Below, piece by piece: positions 14,658-22,880 of a stretch of 24,000 bases of DNA. The DNA lies in NCBI GenBank assembly GCA_963696015.1, contig CAVOJA010000163.1:100248-124247 (forward strand), read 5' to 3'. A program made the translations under genes and the position numbers. A model generated the notes under the pieces. That model saw only the letters and a list, made by a program, of their open reading frames with translations. It did no database searches and was not told the DNA's origin. Position 1 is the first letter of the stretch. The number at the start of each line of letters is the position of its first letter. Source of the DNA: an uncultured Holophagales bacterium (lineage in GTDB: Bacteria; Acidobacteriota; Thermoanaerobaculia; UBA5066).

Positions 14658-15495
14658 TTGCACGGAGCTCTCGTCCGCGTCTTGGTCGTCGTCGCCCTCG
14701 TCCTGGCTCGCACCGGCCCGGCGGTCGAGCCGATCACGAACGTCGTAGCGGTTCAGATCACGTCGAAGGTCCTCGACGAGGAACGGACGATCCTCATCTC
14801 GACGCCGCGCGGCTACGAGAAGGGCCAGAGCCGCTTCCCCGTCCTCTATCTGACGGACGGGGACTCGCAACGTCATCCTCGGCCGGACGTCGAGGTTCCT
14901 CGAGAGCCGGAAGGAGCTTCGGTTCACCCTCTTCGTCACGATGGCCAACGAGGAGGAGGATCCGTCCGCGACCCGATTCGAGCAGCTCAGGAAGCTCCGG
15001 AAGCGCACGAAGGCCTCGGGGTTTGCCTGGGGCGCCGAGCTCATGGCCGACGAGGGCCACGGCAGCGTCGTCCTCCAGTCGCACGACGACGGCCTCTGGA
15101 AGATCTTCGAGGGCTGGCGCCTCCCGCGGGACCCGAATGCCGGCGGCACCCCGGGGACGGTCGACGACCTGAAGGAGCACTATGGGCATCTCTCGGAGCG
15201 GTTCGGATACGCCGTCCCGGTGCCCGAGCGGACCGTGAACCAGATCGGGTACCAGCACCTGCTCCGGAAGGAGGTCAGAGCCGCACTCCCGTTCTTCCGC
15301 TGGAACATGGAGCTCTACCCGGAATCCGCGAACGTTCCCGACAGCCTCGGAGAGGCGCTGGAGACGGCCGGAAAGGACGCGGAGGCTCTCGCCAGCTACG
15401 AGAAGGCCGTCGAGATCTCGAAGAACGACTCCGACGCCCGCCTCGAGGTCTTCACGCGCAACCGGGACCGGATGGCGGCCGCGCTCGGGAAATGA
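14658..15495 (+). pseudogene. Secreted esterase (putative-esterase / alpha-beta hydrolase with a C-terminal TPR-like tail), frameshifted, with the catalytic core deleted.
   Basis: TTG start with a GGAGAGGAG Shine-Dalgarno. The signal-like N-terminus HGALVRVLVVVALVLA is followed by ILISTPRGYEKGQSRFPVLYLTDGDSQ. A +1 shift near 14870 continues as VILGRTSRFLES, then jumps straight to RFTLFVTMANEEEDP...LMADEGHGSVVLQSHDDGLWKIFEGW...YPESANVPDSLGEALETAGKDAEALASYEKAVEI. The roughly 130-150 aa carrying the GxSxG nucleophile are absent. Confidence 0.55.
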
Positions 15496-15535
15496 GGGTC
15501 CGGGGCAGATCTGGCGGGCAGCGACGGAGCTTGGG

Positions 15536-16250
15536 TCAGGGCGTGGCGCGCGGCCGCAGATCCTGGGCCCTCGGCCGCCGGTCCTGCCAGGCCGTCCAGG
15601 TGATCTCGTCGCTCACAGCGCAGAGGTTCGACCTGATGACGAGCGGTATCGCCGGGAGAACCTCCCGCAGGATCGCGAGCGCTTCGCTCATCAGCCGGCG
15701 TCTCTCGTACGGATCGAGAAGCCGTCCGGTCTCGTCGACGAGCTGGTCGACATCGGGGCTCGAGGATCCCGAAGTGTTCAGGGCGCCCGAGGAGACCGTA
15801 GCGGTATGGAAGACGGCTTCGAGGAGGTCCGAGGCGTCCCCCGTCCCGGCCGTGTAGGCGAATCCGAAGAGGTCGAGCTCTCGCTTCGACCAGCGGGAAT
15901 GGTCGTCATTCCCCGGAAGCGTCTCGACGCAGACACGGATTTCCGCCTCCCCGAGGAGCGCGCGCGCGAGTGGATACCACGTCGGCCCGGACTTCGACGA
16001 TGGCGTAGGTCCGTGAACGGGCGTCGGGGAGCGGCACGACCCGGAAGCGGGCGAACGCGGGGCGAGGGCCCCCGGTACCGCTCGAAGGTCTCCTCGGGAC
16101 GATGGCGACGAAAGCGAGCTCGTTCAGCAGGAGCGGGGAGGGCGAGGATGTGACCACCTCGATCTCGCGCTCGGAGAGGCCGGTCACGCTCGTGACGTTT
16201 CGGAGGTCGTGGACGACCTGCGAGCCCGGCAGCCGCTCGGCCCGTCTGAG
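15536..16250 (-). pseudogene. Family-5 (peptide/nickel type) ABC solute-binding protein relic: N-terminally truncated, frameshifted near 15985-15990, with a large internal deletion.
   Basis: The upstream part, in the frame of ORF 15906..16763, reads NVTSVTGLSEREIEVVTSSPSPLLLNELAFVAIVP...SSGTGGPRPAFARFRVVPLP. My own minus-strand translation of the frame ending at the stop at 15536-15538 (not in the ORF track because it lacks a start) reads GPTWYPLARALLGEAEIRVCVETLPGNDDHSRWSKRELDLFGFAYTAGTGDASDLLEAVFHTATVSSGALNTSGSSSPDVDQLVDETGRLLDPYERRRLMSEALAILREVLPAIPLVIRSNLCAVSDEI. Both match the SBP_bac_5 order (ivP..GTGP...a..aL.sGevD...fD....w...dp..ll...f....N..gy.np.vD.L......R..ly.eaq.il.e..P.iPL). 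Confidence 0.5.
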
Positions 16251-16763
16251 GCTCGCGGGCGCTCGTAGAACTGGAAGAGAGCCGAATGGGTCGACTCCTC
16301 GTCGGACCTTTCCATTCGACTGCGGCTCGGTGAGCCTGGGCGGGACGCCGCCCGTCAGAGGTCTCGAGAGACCCGGGACGACGACGCCGAGGAGGACGCC
16401 CGGGCGGAGAAAACGGGCGAGGTCGTCGAGGTAGAGGACGTCCGTGCCGAGATACGGGAAGGCGTCGATGGAGATGATTGCGTCGAAGGAGCCCGCCGCG
16501 AAGGGGAGGGTGTGGGCCTCGGCGCGGATCGGACAGACGCGATCGGCGACGCCCGCCTCGACGGCCCGTCTCCAGTCGTGGTCGGGGTCCATCCAGAAGT
16601 CGACGGCGTGGACGAGCGCGTCGAATCCCCTGGTGAGGAAGAGGGAGGTCATCGCCGTGCCGCACCCGAGGTCGAGGACGCGCGTTCCGGGCGCGGGGAG
16701 GAGCCGCTCGCAGAGCCGCTCGAGGAGCCAGGGGGCGTTCGGGCCCATCTGGTCGCCGACCAT
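15906..16763 (-). CDS. Class I SAM-dependent methyltransferase. Only about 16300-16763 is methyltransferase-like; the 3' third of the ORF reads through into the solute-binding-protein relic, so this is probably a truncated, chimeric ORF.
   Basis: GTRVLDLGCGTAMTSLFL is SAM motif I. Also present: AVDFWMDPDHDWRRAVEAGVADRV, LPFAAGSFDAIISIDAFPYLGTD and LRPGVLLGVVVPGL. After PPRLTEP the expected FHS..WW segment is absent from this frame. A weak THSA match lies in another frame around 16280-16330. Confidence 0.6.
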   Translation of the reverse strand: MVGDQMGPNAPWLLERLCERLLPAPGTRVLDLGCGTAMTSLFLTRGFDALVHAVDFWMDPDHDWRRAVEAGVADRVCPIRAEAHTLPFAAGSFDAIISIDAFPYLGTDVLYLDDLARFLRPGVLLGVVVPGLSRPLTGGVPPRLTEPQSNGKVRRGVDPFGSLPVLRAPASLRRAERLPGSQVVHDLRNVTSVTGLSEREIEVVTSSPSPLLLNELAFVAIVPRRPSSGTGGPRPAFARFRVVPLPDARSRTYAIVEVRADVVSTRARAPRGGGNPCLRRDASGE

Positions 16764-16917
16764 GAGGTCCGCGGCGAAACGGCTCGAGCGGGGGAGCTCG
16801 GGGCGGACGAGAGCGGCAATCGGGCCGCGCAGGACGGGCCCTCTTTTGTTCGGGACACGGGGATTCTCCCTCGTTCCGTTCGGCGGGATCGTGAGGGCGC
16901 GCTGAGCAGGTCGGGAA

Positions 16918-19131
16918 TCAGACGACGCGGATTCGTCCCGTTCCCGGCCCGGTGAAGCGCCCGATCCGCCGGGCCTCGGGAATGCCCCTCTCCCGGAGCG
17001 CCGCGAGGAGCGCCTCGCAACGGGCGGCCGGGACCGAGACGAGGAGGCCGCCCGAGGTCTGCGCGTCGGCGAGGAGGACCTTGTCGACGCGCGAGAGGGC
17101 GGGATCGAAGTCGACGTGGGGCGAGGCGTGCGCGAGGTTCTCGAGCGTGCCGCCCGGGACGACGTCGGCGGCCGCGAGCTCGCGGGCCGGGTCGATGACT
17201 GGAACGGCTGCCACCTCGACCTCGGCGTCGAGGCCGGACGCCGCGGCCATCTCGCGGAGGTGCCCGAGGAGCCCGAAGCCGGTCACGTCGGTGCAGGCGG
17301 AGACCCCGGTCTCGAGCATCGCTTCCGCCGCCGTGCGGTTCAGCGTCCGCATGACGGCGACGATGCGCCGGGCCACTTCTTCCCCGGCCTGCCCGCGCTT
17401 GACGGCCGTCGCGAGGATGCCGGTGCCGATGGGCTTCGTCAGGACGAGCGCGTCCCCCGCCCGGGCTGACGCGTTCGTCAGGACGCGGTCGGGGTGGACG
17501 ACGCCGGTGACCGCGAGGCCGAACTTCGGCTCGGTGTCGTCGACGGTGTGCCCCCCGAGGATGGGGATGCCCGCCTCCCGCGCGACCTCTGCCGCGCCGG
17601 CGAGGATCCGTTCCAGGACGGAGAGGGGGAGCCTCCGCGAGGGAAAGGCGACGACGCTCAGCGCGAAGAGCGGCCGCGCACCCATCGCGTAGACGTCGCT
17701 CAACGAGTTCGCGGCGCTGATGGCGCCGAAGTCGAACGGGTCGTCGGCGATCGGCGTGAAGAAGTCGACGGTCGAGACGATCGCGAGGTCGCCGGTCAGC
17801 CGGTAAACGGCGGCGTCGTCGGAGTTCTCGGGGCCCACGAGGACGGCGGGGTCCGTCACCTTCGGGAGGGACTTCAGCACCGTCTCGAGGTCCTGGGGCC
17901 GCAGCTTGCAGGCGCAGCCCATGCCACGGGTGAAGCGGGTCAGCCTCACGGGGCCGTCGCCCTCGGGCGTCGCGGGTGCGGCCGGGAGGTCGGGACGCAT
18001 CCGATGTACGGCCTCGGCGACGACGCGGGCCGCCTCGTCGACCATCGACGGCGTCGTCCCGCGGCCGACGGAGAAGCGGACCGTCCCCATCGCGTATTCC
18101 ACGGGAACGCCCATCGCCTGGAGGACCGTCGAGACCTCGACGCCAGCGGCGTGGCACGCCGCGCCGGCGGACGCTGCGACCTTCGCCCCGATCTCCGTCA
18201 GGAGCGCGCCCGCGTCGACGCCCGGGAAGCCGACGCTGAGCGTGTTCGGGAGGCAGCGCTCCCACGGGCTGTTCCGGCGCAGGCCGGGCACCTCGTGGGA
18301 GAGCGCTTCGAAGAGACGCTCACGGAGCTCCTCGAACCGGCGGGCGTCGTGCGGGAGCCTCCGCGCGGCCACCTCGCACGCCTTGCCGAGGCCGACGATC
18401 TCGAGGACGTTCTCCGTGCCGGCACGCCGGCCGGCCTCGTGCGAGGCCCCGTGCAACAGGCGAGGGAGCGCGATGCCGGAGCGTATCCAGAGCGCCCCGA
18501 CGCCCTTCGGCGCGTAGAGCTTGTGCCCGGCCAGCGTCAGGAAGTCGACGCCGAGGGCCCCGACGTCGACCGGCACCTTTCCGATCGACTGCGCGGCGTC
18601 CGTGTGGACGAGGACGCCGTGCTCGTGGGCGAGGCGGGAGATCTCCGCGAGGTCCTGGATCGTCCCGACCTCGTTGTTGGCGTGCATGACCGAAACGAGG
18701 ATCGTTTCGGGCGTCAGCGCCTCGGCGACGTCACGCGGATCGACGCGCCCCGACGCGTCCACCGGGACGCGGGTGATCCGGAAGCCCTCCTCCTCGAGAA
18801 CGGCGCACGGCTCGAGGATGGCCGGGTGCTCGACAGCCGAGGTGACGACGTGCCGCCCCTCCGTCCGGAGGAGTCGCGCGACGCCGCGGAGGACGGTGTT
18901 GTTCCCTTCCGTCCCGCCGCTCGTGAAGACGATCCCCTCGGCTCTCGCGCCGAGGAGCGCGGCGACCTGGCGGCGTGCGGTCTCGACGGCGGCGCGCGCC
19001 TCCGCACCGTAGGCGTGGCTGCTCGAAGGGTTCCCGAAATGAGCCGTGAGGTACGGCAGCATCGCCTCGGCGACTTCCGGGTCCGGGGGCGTCGTGGCGT
19101 TGTAGTCGAGGTAGATCGGGCGCTCGAACAT
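16918..19131 (-). CDS. selD: Fusion protein: NifS/IscS-like cysteine desulfurase (or selenocysteine lyase), aa 1 to ~378, joined to selenophosphate synthetase SelD, aa ~395-737.
   Basis: NifS part: IYLDYNATTP, FGNPSSSHAYG, FTSGGTEGNN, AGHKLYAPKGVGALWIR (PLP Lys204), SAGAACHA (Cys326). Linker: RMRPDLPAAPATPEGDGP. SelD part: RGMGCACKL (compare E. coli GCGCK, Cys17/Lys20; here Cys, not Sec), SDDAAVY, TVDFFTPIADDPFDFGAISAANSLSDVYAMGARP, GGHTVDDTEPKFG, LTKPIGTG. It is one uninterrupted 737-aa frame. Confidence 0.9.
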   Translation of the reverse strand: MFERPIYLDYNATTPPDPEVAEAMLPYLTAHFGNPSSSHAYGAEARAAVETARRQVAALLGARAEGIVFTSGGTEGNNTVLRGVARLLRTEGRHVVTSAVEHPAILEPCAVLEEEGFRITRVPVDASGRVDPRDVAEALTPETILVSVMHANNEVGTIQDLAEISRLAHEHGVLVHTDAAQSIGKVPVDVGALGVDFLTLAGHKLYAPKGVGALWIRSGIALPRLLHGASHEAGRRAGTENVLEIVGLGKACEVAARRLPHDARRFEELRERLFEALSHEVPGLRRNSPWERCLPNTLSVGFPGVDAGALLTEIGAKVAASAGAACHAAGVEVSTVLQAMGVPVEYAMGTVRFSVGRGTTPSMVDEAARVVAEAVHRMRPDLPAAPATPEGDGPVRLTRFTRGMGCACKLRPQDLETVLKSLPKVTDPAVLVGPENSDDAAVYRLTGDLAIVSTVDFFTPIADDPFDFGAISAANSLSDVYAMGARPLFALSVVAFPSRRLPLSVLERILAGAAEVAREAGIPILGGHTVDDTEPKFGLAVTGVVHPDRVLTNASARAGDALVLTKPIGTGILATAVKRGQAGEEVARRIVAVMRTLNRTAAEAMLETGVSACTDVTGFGLLGHLREMAAASGLDAEVEVAAVPVIDPARELAAADVVPGGTLENLAHASPHVDFDPALSRVDKVLLADAQTSGGLLVSVPAARCEALLAALRERGIPEARRIGRFTGPGTGRIRVV

Positions 19132-19162
19132 GCGCCGATTATTGGCTCAGGCGACGGACCTC

Positions 19163-19205
19163 CTCGAGAAAAGCCCGTGCCGGAGGGCCGCCGTCCCTCC
19201 GGCAC
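19163..19205 (-). terminator. Intrinsic (rho-independent) terminator downstream of the PKD-protein gene pair.
   Basis: A perfect 11-bp stem, GTGCCGGAGGG / CCCTCCGGCAC (19177-19187 and 19195-19205), closes a 7-nt loop. On the minus-strand transcript it is followed by GGGCUUUUCUCGAGG. It begins 9 nt after the stop at 19214. Confidence 0.7.
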
Positions 19206-19213
19206 CCGGCGTG

Positions 19214-20638
19214 TCAGGGGAACGTGAACGTGCAGGCCTGGACTTCCGCGGCCGGCGAGACGTCGAGGAGGCCGGCGCACTTGCTCCCGGTCGTGGCCTG
19301 CGCCGCGTAGCTGAACCGGATCGTAGAGGGGTTTCCCGTGCAGGTGGCTGCATGCCGGACGGAGAGCGTGTACGTTCCCGGCGGGAGGCCGGTTCCCTGG
19401 TAGATGACGCTTTCGGTGCGGTTTCCGGTACCACAGGCCGCTGGAAGCCTCCGACCGCCCGGCTGGGTCGCTACGTCGATGCCTCCGGGCCCGGCGACCC
19501 GGACGTCCAGGTCCGATTCCCCCGACCAGCTCGCCGTCGCGCCGAGGAACTGCGGAGTGCCCTGCGGGTCGACCCGCACGCTCGCAACGGTCGCGTTCGT
19601 CGCGGTGCCCCCCTTGCCGTCCGTGGCCGTGACGGACACGGTGAACGTACCGGCCGTCTGGTAGGTGAATGTCGCATTCGTGCCCGTCGCCGTCGCCGGG
19701 CCGAAGTTCCACGTCACGGTGACCGGGTCGTTGTCGGGGTCGGAGGCGGTCGCCGAGGCCGTCACCTGGAGCGGGACGGCTCCGTAGAGCGGGGTCACGG
19801 TCGCTGAGCCGATCGTCGGATTCCGGTTCGCGGGGGTCTCGTCGTCTCCGCCGTTGGATGCCGCCACGGCCACGCCCACGCCCACAGCCGCGACGCCGGC
19901 GCCGATACCGACGATCGCGCCCGTCGAGAGCCCTCCCGTCTTCACGGCCGCGGCGGCGCCCACCTTGGCTGCTGTGCCGGCTCCAGCCGCCGCGCCCGTA
20001 CCAGAGGCGAGCGCCACGGAGAGAGCCACAACGGCGCCCGTCACGAGGATGACCTTCGCGATGTCGTCCTTGTCGAACCCGGAGGGGACGGGGTCCTGGC
20101 CCGCGCGGGTCAGGCCGATCGTCAGCCCCGTCTTCGGCGTCGCGGGCCCGACCAGGGCGGGCGATGCGGCTCGCTCGTCGCGACAGACCGTCTCGTCCGT
20201 CACGGGCGGCGCGTAATCCGGCGTCTTCTTGGGATGGCTCTCCCGGTCGAGCGCCTGGACGAAGTAGTCGATTCCCGTGAGGCCGGGGAGCGGCCGGGGC
20301 AGCTCGGCCACGACGTCTTCCGGTGCCCGCGGCCTCATCACGACGTAGTAGTAGTCTTCGGTGCCCGAGGCCCGGAAGAAGACGAAGCTCTGCTCCATCT
20401 CCTTCCCCGGCAGCACACGGGCGTCCACGAGCGTGCGCGCGTCCGCCGAGAGGCACTTCAGCGGGTCGTGGGCGATCGAGAGCCGCGTGCTCTCGCCGGG
20501 CGCGGCCTTCTTCACGACCGGGTCCGCCTGGGGTGCCGGCGAGGCGAACGCGCCGGATGCGAGCGATCCGGAGAGAAGCAGAGCGGCGGCCTGCCGGACG
20601 GAGGACGGGACCCGTGGGAACGGCAGCGCGTAGCTCAC
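19214..20638 (-). CDS. Secreted or membrane-associated PKD-domain protein (475 aa): signal peptide, unknown N-domain, Gly/Ala-rich hydrophobic segment, PKD domain, Cys-containing C-terminal beta domain.
   Basis: The GTG start at 20638 overlaps the upstream stop (GTGA). Signal peptide: SSVRQAAALLLSGSLASGAFASPAP. Hydrophobic Gly/Ala tract: ILVTGAVVALSVALASGTGAAAGAGTAAKVGAAAAVKTGGLSTGAIVGIGAGVAAVGVGVAVAA. PKD-like: PLQVTASATASDPDNDPVTVTWNFG...FTYQTAGTFTVSVTATDGKGGT. The 868-aa track ORF extends upstream only as an out-of-frame overlap of the neighbouring gene. Confidence 0.7.
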   Translation of the reverse strand: MSYALPFPRVPSSVRQAAALLLSGSLASGAFASPAPQADPVVKKAAPGESTRLSIAHDPLKCLSADARTLVDARVLPGKEMEQSFVFFRASGTEDYYYVVMRPRAPEDVVAELPRPLPGLTGIDYFVQALDRESHPKKTPDYAPPVTDETVCRDERAASPALVGPATPKTGLTIGLTRAGQDPVPSGFDKDDIAKVILVTGAVVALSVALASGTGAAAGAGTAAKVGAAAAVKTGGLSTGAIVGIGAGVAAVGVGVAVAASNGGDDETPANRNPTIGSATVTPLYGAVPLQVTASATASDPDNDPVTVTWNFGPATATGTNATFTYQTAGTFTVSVTATDGKGGTATNATVASVRVDPQGTPQFLGATASWSGESDLDVRVAGPGGIDVATQPGGRRLPAACGTGNRTESVIYQGTGLPPGTYTLSVRHAATCTGNPSTIRFSYAAQATTGSKCAGLLDVSPAAEVQACTFTFP

Positions 20639-22650
20639 TTGAGGTCCTCGTCGAAGCGCACGACGACGGGCTTGTCGGAAAGGACCCTGGCGTCGAGGGT
20701 TTCCGGGAAACCCTGCGGAAGGAACGCGGAGAGGTCGAGGCGCGGCGACTCGCCCTGAGAGAGGGCGATGCGCCGCTCGACGACGAGGACGCCGAAGCGT
20801 TCGAGGCGAAGGAAGACGGTCGCCGCTTCCGTTGCATGAAGCCTGAGCGCGGGCCTGCGGCCCGAGCCGAAACGAAGGCCGTCGACCGTCGCTGCGAGGG
20901 ACGGCTCGGGCTCGTCGCCTGATGCCCTGGCCGATCGAGTCGGAGAGGAGGCCGATCGAGTCGGAGAGGCGGCCGCCGCCACGGTGACCATGGTGAGCGT
21001 CGAGAGGCTCGAGCCGGATCCGTTCGTCGCCATGAGCCTCACGAGGTAGACGCCGGGTGCGGCGAACGCGAAGCGCGGGTTCTGCACGGCGGAAAATCCG
21101 GCGTTCCCGAAGAACCACGCCCACGCCGTGGCCTGCGGGCTCGAGGTGTCGGTGAAGGCGACCTCCTCGCCGACCCGGGCCGACGTCTTCGAGGCGCTGA
21201 ACGAGGCGCCCGGCGGCGCCAGCGAGTAGGTGGCGCTGCTCGATTCGGTGCTCGGCCCCTGTTCCGGGAAACAGGCGTACGACCTCACGAACAGCGTGAT
21301 CGGGTCGAGCCTCCCGCGCGGCGCGATCCTCTCGACGCTCGTCTGGGTGGTCGAGGCGAAGGCATCGGAGTTGACGCGCCACTCGAACCGCGAACCGTAG
21401 GACTGGGCCGACCACCGCGCGGTGAGAAAGTCCGTCGCCGTCACCGGCGCCGCCGGCGTACCCGTCGGGACGATCTCCGGCGAGAGGGGCGGGATGGGAG
21501 GCGGGCAGGCGACGAAACGCGCCGAGCCGGCGCCTCGCCCTCCTCCGAGGATCGGCACCGCGAAGGTCTGCGCGCCGGTCCGTGTGAACGGGGCCCTCAC
21601 GAACAGGCCCGGCAGGCCGCCCCCCTGGCCGTTCTCGTCCTTGCTGCTGTTGCCTGTGATGAGCGCGAGCTGCCCGTCGTTCGAGATCGCCACGTCCTCG
21701 AAACCGGTCTCCGAGGTCACGATGCTCTGCGGCAGAGCGATCTCTTCCACTGCCGACCCGCTCCCGAAAGGCGCCGCGATGGAGAAGAGGCGTGGCGAGA
21801 ACGCGCTGACGACGAGGCACCGCAGCCCGTCGGGGGTGCAGTTGATCCCGTCGAGCCCATCCGAGCCCGCGATGGTGAGGATCTCCGGGACCGAGGAGGC
21901 CGAGAACGGAGCGCGGAAGACGTAGACGCGGCCCGCGTCCGAGGAGGTCGCCGTGGTCAGGATCGTGCTCCCGTCGGGCGTGATCGCGATGGCACCACTG
22001 CCGGTGTTCTCGACGGGCATCCGGAACGCGACGGAGGAGTACGGCGGATCGAGGACGTTCACCCAGCCCTGGATCGAAGCGGGCGGGTTCTCCGGATCGA
22101 AGTTGGGTCGCGTGAGAACGAAGGCCCGTCCGTTCCTGTCGAAGACGATCGCCTGAGTCTGGTAGGACGCGACGTGCCCCTCGATGGCGAGAGGGGTGAT
22201 CACGGGATTGTCGAACGGTGCCCGGATGAGAGCGAACGTCGGCCGCCAGCTCGGGCCGCTGTAGGTCGAGCCGGCGCCGATCATCACGTCGAGCCTGGGA
22301 GAGACCGCGATCGTTCCCGTACCGTCGTAGGCGTCCGTCGTCAGGATCGTCCGCACGAGCGTCCCCGTCGAGACCTGAACCACGTGGAGGCGCGAGCGGT
22401 CGAAGTCGGCGATGACCGCCTGGTCGCTCCCGATTACGGAGACGCCGTGCGGGAGGGCGTCTTGCGGCAGGCCGGTGACCGCGCGCTGCTCGGGCGTGGG
22501 CAGGTTCGTCCCCGGGGAGGGGAGCAGGACGGCGAGGTTCCCGTCGTCCGCGGTTCCGAAGATCGCCTGCGCGGCGGCCGGACGGGTCCCCATGGCGAGG
22601 AGGAGGCCGAGGGCCGGGACGAGGACACCACGCGAAGGACGATCACGCAT
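20635..22650 (-). CDS. Secreted beta-propeller-like plus PKD-domain protein (about 671 aa).
   Basis: The ATG at 22650 is preceded by GGAGG 6 nt upstream. Signal peptide: MRDRPSRGVLVPALGLLLAMGTRPAAAQA. Repetitive beta-strand-rich segments (IAVSP.., IAITPDGSTILT, INCTPDGLRCLVV, VAISNDGQLALIT) recall YVTN/lactonase-type propellers. PKD-like: VGEEVAFTDTSSPQATAWAWFFGN...PRFAFAAPGVYLVRLMATNGSG. The track ORF start at 22737 adds 29 aa that look non-coding. Confidence 0.7.
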   Translation of the reverse strand: MRDRPSRGVLVPALGLLLAMGTRPAAAQAIFGTADDGNLAVLLPSPGTNLPTPEQRAVTGLPQDALPHGVSVIGSDQAVIADFDRSRLHVVQVSTGTLVRTILTTDAYDGTGTIAVSPRLDVMIGAGSTYSGPSWRPTFALIRAPFDNPVITPLAIEGHVASYQTQAIVFDRNGRAFVLTRPNFDPENPPASIQGWVNVLDPPYSSVAFRMPVENTGSGAIAITPDGSTILTTATSSDAGRVYVFRAPFSASSVPEILTIAGSDGLDGINCTPDGLRCLVVSAFSPRLFSIAAPFGSGSAVEEIALPQSIVTSETGFEDVAISNDGQLALITGNSSKDENGQGGGLPGLFVRAPFTRTGAQTFAVPILGGGRGAGSARFVACPPPIPPLSPEIVPTGTPAAPVTATDFLTARWSAQSYGSRFEWRVNSDAFASTTQTSVERIAPRGRLDPITLFVRSYACFPEQGPSTESSSATYSLAPPGASFSASKTSARVGEEVAFTDTSSPQATAWAWFFGNAGFSAVQNPRFAFAAPGVYLVRLMATNGSGSSLSTLTMVTVAAAASPTRSASSPTRSARASGDEPEPSLAATVDGLRFGSGRRPALRLHATEAATVFLRLERFGVLVVERRIALSQGESPRLDLSAFLPQGFPETLDARVLSDKPVVVRFDEDLK
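20930..20969. repeat. 21-bp tandem duplication (two units) inside the propeller/PKD gene.
   Basis: gccgatcgagtcggagagg occurs at 20930-20948 and again at 20951-20969 with a 21-nt period (20 of 21 identical). It encodes SPTRSAS-SPTRSAR in the linker before the C-terminal domain. Confidence 0.9.
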
Positions 22651-22880
22651 CGCACACCTCCAAGATGGTTCTTTCCGAGTTTCTGCCGGGACTATATGAC
22701 GATTCTGAAAGCCGATCCCAGGAGTGACCCGGATCACATTCAGGTGCGGCGATCGACAGCGAGGGACGAGTTTGACTTTCGAGCCCTGCCCATAAGAGGT
22801 GAATGGGGCGTGGCCGGGTGCAAGACCTCACTCCGCCATGGTCGCTTCTTCGGCCATCGCTCGAATCCCACGGCGTATCC

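Noticed and set aside
16649-19227. ORFs 16649..18265 (-, 538 aa), 17494..19227 (+, 577 aa) and 18714..20837 (-, 707 aa).
   Set aside because: They are alternative-frame or antisense shadows of the NifS-SelD gene and the PKD gene. Their composition is dominated by R, G, P and D, and they contain no motifs.
19214-21820. 868-aa minus-strand ORF taken as a single gene.
   Set aside because: Only the last 475 aa (from GTG 20638) look like protein: signal peptide, PKD domain and so on. The upstream 390 aa are an Arg-rich out-of-frame overlap of the propeller/PKD gene at 20635..22650.
22801-22880. tRNA-like TΨC-type string (gctcgaatcccacgg) and a 13-nt near-repeat GGTGCAAG(A/T)CCT at 22817 and 22885, in the lower-GC intergenic region.
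   Set aside because: No cloverleaf can be drawn: there is no GGTTCGAATCC, no matching T-stem and no acceptor pairing. The short repeat is within chance expectation.
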